DNA from: an uncultured Candidatus Saccharibacteria bacterium
Lineage (GTDB): Bacteria > Patescibacteriota > Dojkabacteria > J137
Reading direction: 5' to 3'
Assembly (NCBI GenBank): GCA_964437465.1
Contig: CAYTGI010000008.1
Location: 1 to 33,708, forward strand
Length of the DNA stretch: 33,708 bases
The position numbers and the translations under genes were made by a program. The notes under the pieces are model-generated. The model was not told the origin of the DNA. It did not search any database and worked only from the letters and a program-made list of their open reading frames with translations. The stretch's first letter is position 1. Every line of letters starts with the position of its first letter. Below, one piece after another: positions 26,873-33,708 of this stretch.

Positions 26873-27673
26873 AGAAACGTTTAGAAATTTATTTGGAGAA
26901 TAGAATTTCTTATTTAAGTCAGAATCTATAATAATAAACTCTTGTTGCTTATTTTTAGAATGCATTCTAAATCCGCTATCTGTAGTTACATCAAACAGAT
27001 CCATTGCTCTAACTTTACATTTAACACAACTTTCTGTTTTTAAAATTGCATAAGACGGTGTTACGTTTGTATCTAGATTTGCAAAGCCACTAATAGGATT
27101 AATCTTTTTGTTTATTGTATTATATATAATTCCAGAAGCTTCATTCTCTATGGAATCTGGGATCTCAATATCGTCTTCTATTTCATATTTAATTTTCCAT
27201 GAGCCATTTTTATCTGCTCTGTAATAGGAGTTTGTTTGGATTAAAAAATTTTTATATCCTTTGTCCGAAAGTAGCTCATATATAAGATCAAGAATGTAAG
27301 GTTGTAGAATGATTTGGGAATTAAAGTTAAAATCATATTTTTTAACTACGGTGTGTTCTTGTATAGAAAATAAATCATCTCCAGATGCATTTGCTCTAGT
27401 ATTGTCTTTCTTAGAGAGAAATGGTGTAAAATTTTTTGTTAAATTTTCTTTATTTAAATTTAGATAATGAATAAACTCCGGAGAAACTAAAAAAGGCACA
27501 CCAACCTTTGCATTGGTCAATCTATTTCCTGAGCTATTATGAATAGTATGATTAAAGTCGAATCTAACAAATTGAATGAGCTTAAATATAGAGTCAAGTA
27601 TTTCTTGAGTTATTTGTTTTCTTGTTGTTATAAGAATTGGGGTTGTACCTAAATCAAAATTGTATCTAACCAT
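26867..27673 (-). CDS. Degenerate ApbE-like protein
   Basis: Colinear by eye with ApbE (LGT, S..NRL, VSPEF, FTP, YILDL, G.KNFLI, INPISG) but the catalytic motifs are replaced. Start moved to ATG 27673, 6 nt after TATACT. Confidence 0.65.
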   Translation of the reverse strand: MVRYNFDLGTTPILITTRKQITQEILDSIFKLIQFVRFDFNHTIHNSSGNRLTNAKVGVPFLVSPEFIHYLNLNKENLTKNFTPFLSKKDNTRANASGDDLFSIQEHTVVKKYDFNFNSQIILQPYILDLIYELLSDKGYKNFLIQTNSYYRADKNGSWKIKYEIEDDIEIPDSIENEASGIIYNTINKKINPISGFANLDTNVTPSYAILKTESCVKCKVRAMDLFDVTTDSGFRMHSKNKQQEFIIIDSDLNKKFYSPNKFLNVSL

Positions 27674-27864
27674 AGAATAAGTATACAATAAAAAATCAGC
27701 TAGAAAACGACAGCTTTTGTTGTTATTGAATTACACTATTAAAATTGAGGCGATCTAAAAGTTTTTCACTAAAACTATGAAATTCCTAGTTTTTTTCATT
27801 AATGTAACTTAATAAATATTATATCCTTTACAAAGGAACACCAGATTATTAGACTGAAGGTAGT

Positions 27865-28449
27865 ATGTCAGAAGATCGTTTTTTTAACCTATTAAAACCA
27901 ATTAAAGAACCCAAATCCTCTTGGGATAAGATATATGACTGGATAATTGGTAAGGCAAGAGTTGTTTTATTGTTTGTTGAAATTTTGATGGTTTTGATTT
28001 TTTTTGCAAAGATTATAGTAGATAATACAGAAAAAAATAGAATACAGGAGTTTGAAAGACTACAGTTGCAATTACTATCTTTAGAGAGTCAGTACGAGCA
28101 AGAATTTTCAACTTTACAGTTAAAAGTACAGAGTTATGATGAGCATTGGCAATTATCAACAAGTTTCTTTCCTATATTAAATGAACTTTCTGGGTATTTA
28201 GGCAATCCTTCTGATCAGTTTTCTTTAAGTATTAATAATACAGGGGTTGTACAGATTGATGGATATAATGATTTAAATGAATTAAAAGAAATCGAAGCAC
28301 TTATTAAAAGTTCTAATACTTTCTTAAATGTTGGATTTAACACAGCAGCTGATCAGTCAGATCTTATCGAACAAAGGGGAAGGTATTCACTAAGCGCTTT
28401 TATAGAGGAGGAACTTATAAATAGGGGTACTCTATTTCAACCAGAATAA
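27865..28449 (+). CDS. PilN-like type IV pilus assembly protein
   Basis: FNLL near the N-terminus, TM, coiled coil, LNELS..L, VQIDG, IKSSNTFLNV; directly upstream of a PilO-like gene. Confidence 0.7.
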   Translation: MSEDRFFNLLKPIKEPKSSWDKIYDWIIGKARVVLLFVEILMVLIFFAKIIVDNTEKNRIQEFERLQLQLLSLESQYEQEFSTLQLKVQSYDEHWQLSTSFFPILNELSGYLGNPSDQFSLSINNTGVVQIDGYNDLNELKEIEALIKSSNTFLNVGFNTAADQSDLIEQRGRYSLSAFIEEELINRGTLFQPE

Positions 28450-28453
28450 TAAA

Positions 28454-29104
28454 ATGAATGCAGTAAAAGGTGTTAATCAAAGAAGAAGTGCTCAGTTAAA
28501 TGAGCTATTGAGTAATAGTAAGAATAAAAGTATTTTTGTTGGAGCAATAACTACGCTTCTTTTCTTGTTCTTAATGATTTTTGGAGTTGTTCCTTCTTTC
28601 CGAGCAGTTCTAGCTCAAAATAGAGAAAATCAACAAATTGCCGAGGTTATTGAAGATGTTGAAGATAAAATTCAAGTTATGGAAAATTTAGTGGCAGAAT
28701 CAGAAGAAAAAGCTGAAGTTATAGATACATTTAATTCAGTATTTGCAAACGATATAGATCAAGGCAATTTTATAGAAGAGTTATACAATCTTGCAGGTGA
28801 AGAGGTGTCAATCAATAATATCTCTTTTCCTTCAACGTTTCCTGTGACTTTAAGCTTAATAAGTTCAAATAGTGAAGTAAGGCAAGTTCAGGTTTCTCTG
28901 TCAGCAACAGGAACAAAAAGATCTTTAGTTGAATTTTATAAGAAATTAGAAGAATCAAGACGTATCATTAATGTTGAAAGGATAAATTTGACAAGAAGGG
29001 CAGAATCAATAATTCAAGAAGTTGGATTTGATCAAGAGTATGAGGTTAGTCTTATTTTTAATTACTATTATTGGAATAATAATATAGAATTAGAAGATGA
29101 GTAA
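28454..29104 (+). CDS. pilO: PilO-like type IV pilus assembly protein
   Basis: TM ending in P, coiled coil, SINNISF, G....LVEFYKKLEESRRIINVERINL. Confidence 0.8.
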   Translation: MNAVKGVNQRRSAQLNELLSNSKNKSIFVGAITTLLFLFLMIFGVVPSFRAVLAQNRENQQIAEVIEDVEDKIQVMENLVAESEEKAEVIDTFNSVFANDIDQGNFIEELYNLAGEEVSINNISFPSTFPVTLSLISSNSEVRQVQVSLSATGTKRSLVEFYKKLEESRRIINVERINLTRRAESIIQEVGFDQEYEVSLIFNYYYWNNNIELEDE

Positions 29105-29339
29105 ATTAAACTCTTTCTGGACATTTCTAGTGGCTTTAGGAATCTTAATATTCCTGGGTACTACTGGTTGGAGTATTTATCAAAGTCTTATCGGCGGGGA
29201 TAGTGACTTTAATGAACAAGTTGAAAGATTACCAAATGATATATTAATACCAGAATACCTTGAAGATCATCTATTTGTAGGCTCAAATATTGAGGATTTT
29301 GATCCAGTTTTAGATAATAATACTTTTAACAGTAATTAA
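29097..29339 (+). CDS. Small membrane-anchored hypothetical protein
   Basis: 80 aa with N-terminal TM; overlaps the pilO end. Confidence 0.7.
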   Translation: MSKLNSFWTFLVALGILIFLGTTGWSIYQSLIGGDSDFNEQVERLPNDILIPEYLEDHLFVGSNIEDFDPVLDNNTFNSN

Positions 29340-29341
29340 AA

Positions 29342-29923
29342 ATGTCAAATTTTCAGAAAATTCAATTAAGCCTAGCTGCAATACTAACCCTTTTAGGCGT
29401 TGTTGTATGGGGGGTATATTTTAATCAACAGACTTCTGAAGAAGATCAAAAAGAAATAGTTAAAGAAACACAGGAGTCTGACACAAAGCTGTTTCCTAAT
29501 AATCCAATAAGTTTTAACCTAGAGTTTGAGTCACAAGATATTGTTCTTGGTTTAAATGAGGAATCTTCTGTAAATATTACTACAAATGGATTGTCATCTA
29601 ATGTGTCTGCTAGTGAAATATTTGTTAACTATGATCCTGAAACAATACTAGTTAATAGTATAAGTAAAGGAACTGCTTTTGATAGTTATGTAGGAGAGGA
29701 AATTAATGAAGAGTTGGGTTTGGTAAAACTGTCTGGAGGTAATTTAGACCAAGGAAAAGAAGAAGACGAAGTTTTTATGACACTTAATATTCAGAGAATA
29801 GCTGAAGGAGAAACTAGTTTAGTAATAGTTGGAGATAATGAATTTGGTGAAATGCCTTCAAAAGTCATATCTTTCTCTGAAGAGGAGATAATAATCAATG
29901 GAGATACTTTAATAATAAACTAG
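29342..29923 (+). CDS. Membrane-anchored cohesin-domain protein
   Basis: TM then VSASEIFVNYDPETILVNSISKG...GLVKL...TLNIQRIAEGETSL, a cohesin-like beta sandwich pattern. Confidence 0.7.
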   Translation: MSNFQKIQLSLAAILTLLGVVVWGVYFNQQTSEEDQKEIVKETQESDTKLFPNNPISFNLEFESQDIVLGLNEESSVNITTNGLSSNVSASEIFVNYDPETILVNSISKGTAFDSYVGEEINEELGLVKLSGGNLDQGKEEDEVFMTLNIQRIAEGETSLVIVGDNEFGEMPSKVISFSEEEIIINGDTLIIN

Positions 29924-29985
29924 GCTTTATTTCGCTCCTAAAATAATGTAAATTGATTCATATAATATAAAGTTTAACGGTTGCT

Positions 29986-32900
29986 ATGAAAAATACTAGA
30001 ATTTATTTATTCGTTGAATTCTTTGCAATTCTCTTTCTTTCTGCATTAGTACTATTGCTATACCAATTTGATAACTATAGTGAAATTCAAGTTGCGGATG
30101 CTGCTCCTACAGTATCGCTTGATTCTAGCTATACCCACAGCTCAGGAGGGATTGATGGATCTATGAATGTTTCTTCAAGCACTGGTGACTTTAACAAGAC
30201 AATGGTAGTAGCAGTATCCTATAGAGTGGTTAGTGGAAATAATGATGGAGATTTTATCTCTGATATCTTTGATAATTTAGCTGGTACAAATTTGACAAAA
30301 ATCTGTGGCGAACATAGTTCAGGGTATTGGACTGAACTATGGTATTTAGATGCTGATTCTGTATATGGTGGGTATGATCTTGATATAACTTGGGTTAACT
30401 CTGTTGATGACAGAAACGTAGTAGTTGCTTTTTTTGATGGAGCAGATTCCACAAATCCAGTTCGTGCATCTTCATGCACAAGTGGTACAGGAACGACACC
30501 GTCAACAACTATTACATCTAATTCATCTGATCTAGTCTTTGCTGCTACTGCAATGTACACAGGTGGTTTTAATGGAGTAACTGAAGGATCAGTTCAAATG
30601 ACTAGGGTGGAACAGATATCAACAGCAAATGTTTTACAAACTACAAGTATTAGGGATGGGGCATCAAGCATTGGTATGAGCTGGACCTCAACTGTTAGTT
30701 GGCCATGGGCAGTTGCTGCAGTATCACTAACATCAACTTTTGAAGCTCCAGATGGTACATTTACTAATAACCCACAGTATTTTTCTGACCCTGGTGATAG
30801 CTTTGTTAGTTATCAGTACAACGTATCTGCTTCTGCTAACAGTGCAGTGTATGTTCAGATTGCCTATGGAGGAGGTAGTTATTATAACGAATATATTTAT
30901 GATGTTACTCTAGGAGGGAATTATTACGATCAAAGTTTATGTTATGAAACTATGTATGGGGATACAGATGCGTATAATTTTGAAAGCTATCTGTTTGAGT
31001 CTCCAACAATTGGTAATAACCAGTTAGAAATTAGTTTTAGTGACTATGTTGGAGAAATAAGTGTTTATGTCGTTACTGTTGATAATATAAATACCGACCA
31101 GGGATACGTATATGATTACTATTGTAGAAGTGATTATGATACCTCAGTGAGCTTAGGATTTGATTACACATACGAAGATATATTTACTGTTGGAGGTTTT
31201 ATTTCTGATGGAACATTCCATAGTACTTCTGCAGGATTCAATACAACAAGAATTAACTTTCAAGCTCAAGATGGATACTCACATACATTAGGAGCAATAT
31301 CTCAAACAACAAGTGACAATGGAATTATAGAGTTTAATATAACCGACTACTTAGCCTATGCTGGAGGAGCAGTTATGTTCTACGGTATTCAGAATTCAGG
31401 TGGAGGAACTGGGGATGGTTTGGGCCCAAATATAAACCTAGATTTACCTACAAACTTTCCTTATCTTAATAGTGATTACTTTACTCTTCGAGGTACAGTA
31501 ACTGATAGTGATGGTGTAGAATCAGTAGTTTATGATGATGAAATAAGTACAGATGTTGACTTGCCTTTTAGTTCTGGAAGTCCTGGAGATACTTCGATAG
31601 AATTTGATGAAGAAATTGGCCCATATGCAGATGGTCAGAGAACAATAACAATAACAGCAGAAGATGGTTTTGGTGATACTTCTGATGAAAATATAGTTGT
31701 CTATTTTGATGAATCTCTTCCTCAGGTATTTTTTGAAACTTCTCCAGATGAAGTTAATACTATAAATAATGATAAAATTGACTTTGTAGGTGTATTTACA
31801 GATCTTACTCCAATTGATTACGTTCAAATCAGAGTAGAAAAAGATGGAGTATTCCAATTCGTTGATGACATCACCTCTGAGGATCTAGATCCAAGTCCAC
31901 AAGCATATAGTTTTGAATATAGCTTGTTTGATGTAGAAAATGGAGTATACTACGTAGAATTCTCTGCTGATGATGCTGCATTTAACTCGGGAGTAGTTGC
32001 TACATTTACATTTGAAGTATTACAGGTAGATACTTACCCAGAATGTGTTCTTGATCCGTTCTTTAATCCTACATCTGATCAAACACCAACAATTTCTGGA
32101 ACTTGTACAGATCCTTTAGGGGTAGACAGAATTCACCATAGAGTTTTCCAAGGAATTGCTTTTGATCCAGAGATTGTTCCATTCCCGACAAACAACTCTG
32201 ACCCTTCAACTGTTACATTAACTAGTGGTAATTGGGGGGATAACACTGTTTCATTTGAGCTAACTAGCCCAGCATTACTTGACGGAAGTGCAGCCGTATT
32301 TATTAAAGCATTTAACACACCGGGTGGTGTAGGTCAGGATGAATTAATACCTCAATTGACTGTAGTTGTTGAGGCAGTTGATAATGCGGCTCCAACACCA
32401 TTCTTGAATCAAGTTGTCCCAGATCCATTAACAGATACGACCCCAATAATAACTGGAACATGTGGAGATAAACATCCTTACGAAGTTAATACTAACATAG
32501 CTTCAATTGAGTATAATCTTGATAATGCTGGATGGAATTTCTTGCCAAACACTGCAATACAAGGTGATCAATTGTTTAACTCTACAGTTGAGATCTATTC
32601 ATATGAACTACCTGAATTATCTGTTAATGACAGTATAAACCCAGATTATACTGTTCAGATCAGGTGTACTGATGCCGCTGGGAATGTTTCTTCAGTAGTT
32701 TCCGATACTTTTGTAATTGAGGCCTTGGCTCCTGGTGATCCAGAGGTTTCTGTAGTAACTGAAGATTTTACTAATCAGCTTAGAAATGCAGTTAGTGCTA
32801 CTAATGCAGTTTGGGGAAATGGAATTGTAAGGTTGAAAGAAGACATATCCGTGAGTAGAGTGGCTATAGATACAACAGACTTCAAAGATAGGTATGACAG

Positions 32901-33708
32901 ATCTTTTGGCTTAGGAGACTATGAAATGGTACAGGGGCCAAACAACACTCTATGGTATTCAAAAAGAAATTCAATCCATAGTTACAATACAGTTACAACA
33001 GCTACTCAATCTTTTGATGCAACGACTTATGGTATGACTCAATCGATAAGAGCAATAGCTGTTACTCAGTGGGGTGGGGATACAATAGTATATGCTGGAT
33101 CCTCTAATGAATTTTTAATACTAAATGTTACTCAAGGAACTCATAGCTTATATACCTCGGCAACATTTAATCCATCTGTTTTAGGTCCTGAACAGATATG
33201 GATAGATCCAAGGTCTGAAACTGGTTTATATATCCAGACTGATATTGTTGATGTAGGGAGTAACTCAAACCTTATATACATTCAAACAAATGGAACTTTT
33301 GCTACAGGAGATGATACAGCTACATGGTACGCAACAGGAGGTGGTGTATCCATAAATAATGTTACTTCATTACACCTTGATACTGTAAATAATCATTTAT
33401 ACATTGGAGTATTCAATATAGGACTTGTTAAGATTGATGACAATGGTACTCCTGGCAATATAGCTGATGATACAAGAGCATTACAATCTGGAAGTGGTTT
33501 TGATGGTATTTTTGATATAGTTCAGGATCAAGACACAGGAGATATTTATTATGTTAACAATGTTGGTTTTGGAGATGGTGTTCATGCAATTACAGATGAT
33601 GGCGCAACACCTATGGATTTATCTGATGATACTTTTGTACAAATTGCTGATGATTCACTTTTGTTTAATAAGAATGTGTATAGATTAGAGTTTATTGAGG
33701 GTAGAGAA
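29986..33708 (+). CDS. Giant surface protein (>1241 aa, 3' truncated): signal/TM, beta-rich repeats, Ig-like domains, beta-propeller
   Basis: Manual translation from ATG 29986 (MKNTRIYLFVEFFAILFLSALVLLL..VADA-A) stays open to the window end; Ig-like DQTPTISGTCTD, DTTPIITGTCGD, DAAGN. Absent from the ORF track because it has no stop in the window. Confidence 0.85.
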   Translation, partial: MKNTRIYLFVEFFAILFLSALVLLLYQFDNYSEIQVADAAPTVSLDSSYTHSSGGIDGSMNVSSSTGDFNKTMVVAVSYRVVSGNNDGDFISDIFDNLAGTNLTKICGEHSSGYWTELWYLDADSVYGGYDLDITWVNSVDDRNVVVAFFDGADSTNPVRASSCTSGTGTTPSTTITSNSSDLVFAATAMYTGGFNGVTEGSVQMTRVEQISTANVLQTTSIRDGASSIGMSWTSTVSWPWAVAAVSLTSTFEAPDGTFTNNPQYFSDPGDSFVSYQYNVSASANSAVYVQIAYGGGSYYNEYIYDVTLGGNYYDQSLCYETMYGDTDAYNFESYLFESPTIGNNQLEISFSDYVGEISVYVVTVDNINTDQGYVYDYYCRSDYDTSVSLGFDYTYEDIFTVGGFISDGTFHSTSAGFNTTRINFQAQDGYSHTLGAISQTTSDNGIIEFNITDYLAYAGGAVMFYGIQNSGGGTGDGLGPNINLDLPTNFPYLNSDYFTLRGTVTDSDGVESVVYDDEISTDVDLPFSSGSPGDTSIEFDEEIGPYADGQRTITITAEDGFGDTSDENIVVYFDESLPQVFFETSPDEVNTINNDKIDFVGVFTDLTPIDYVQIRVEKDGVFQFVDDITSEDLDPSPQAYSFEYSLFDVENGVYYVEFSADDAAFNSGVVATFTFEVLQVDTYPECVLDPFFNPTSDQTPTISGTCTDPLGVDRIHHRVFQGIAFDPEIVPFPTNNSDPSTVTLTSGNWGDNTVSFELTSPALLDGSAAVFIKAFNTPGGVGQDELIPQLTVVVEAVDNAAPTPFLNQVVPDPLTDTTPIITGTCGDKHPYEVNTNIASIEYNLDNAGWNFLPNTAIQGDQLFNSTVEIYSYELPELSVNDSINPDYTVQIRCTDAAGNVSSVVSDTFVIEALAPGDPEVSVVTEDFTNQLRNAVSATNAVWGNGIVRLKEDISVSRVAIDTTDFKDRYDRSFGLGDYEMVQGPNNTLWYSKRNSIHSYNTVTTATQSFDATTYGMTQSIRAIAVTQWGGDTIVYAGSSNEFLILNVTQGTHSLYTSATFNPSVLGPEQIWIDPRSETGLYIQTDIVDVGSNSNLIYIQTNGTFATGDDTATWYATGGGVSINNVTSLHLDTVNNHLYIGVFNIGLVKIDDNGTPGNIADDTRALQSGSGFDGIFDIVQDQDTGDIYYVNNVGFGDGVHAITDDGATPMDLSDDTFVQIADDSLLFNKNVYRLEFIEGRE

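Noticed and set aside
30219-32318. - strand ORFs 30219, 31522 and 32133
   Set aside because: Shadows of the long + strand CDS that starts at 29986.

Overview
AT-rich bacterial chromosome segment containing the replication origin (dnaN-oriC-dnaA). The gene set and style (compact genes, FemAB pair, PilN/PilO, cohesin, sortase, large FN3/Cys-rich surface proteins, few Shine-Dalgarno sites) suggest a Patescibacteria/CPR organism, possibly Dojkabacteria-like; this is inference. TGA behaves as stop (code 11). Housekeeping genes: rsmI, YifB/ComM, tsaD, flavodoxin, SOD, apbE, holA, dnaN, dnaA, yidD. The ORF track misses three CDSs: a sortase C-terminus (1..84), a 39-aa membrane peptide (74..193) and a >1241-aa surface protein running off the right end (29986..33708). 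Main observations: (1) three intergenic (CTAGCAA)n arrays, each directly preceded by a TATAAT box, with orientation flipping across oriC, plus two other 7-bp-period families; (2) an orphan gene with its own promoter inserted antisense between dnaA and oriC; (3) a degenerate, probably non-catalytic ApbE paralog; (4) a surface toolkit comprising a sortase, an IPDTA substrate, a non-catalytic amidase-SH3 protein and a Cys-rich cassette protein. No rRNA, tRNA, CRISPR array or transposase was recognised.
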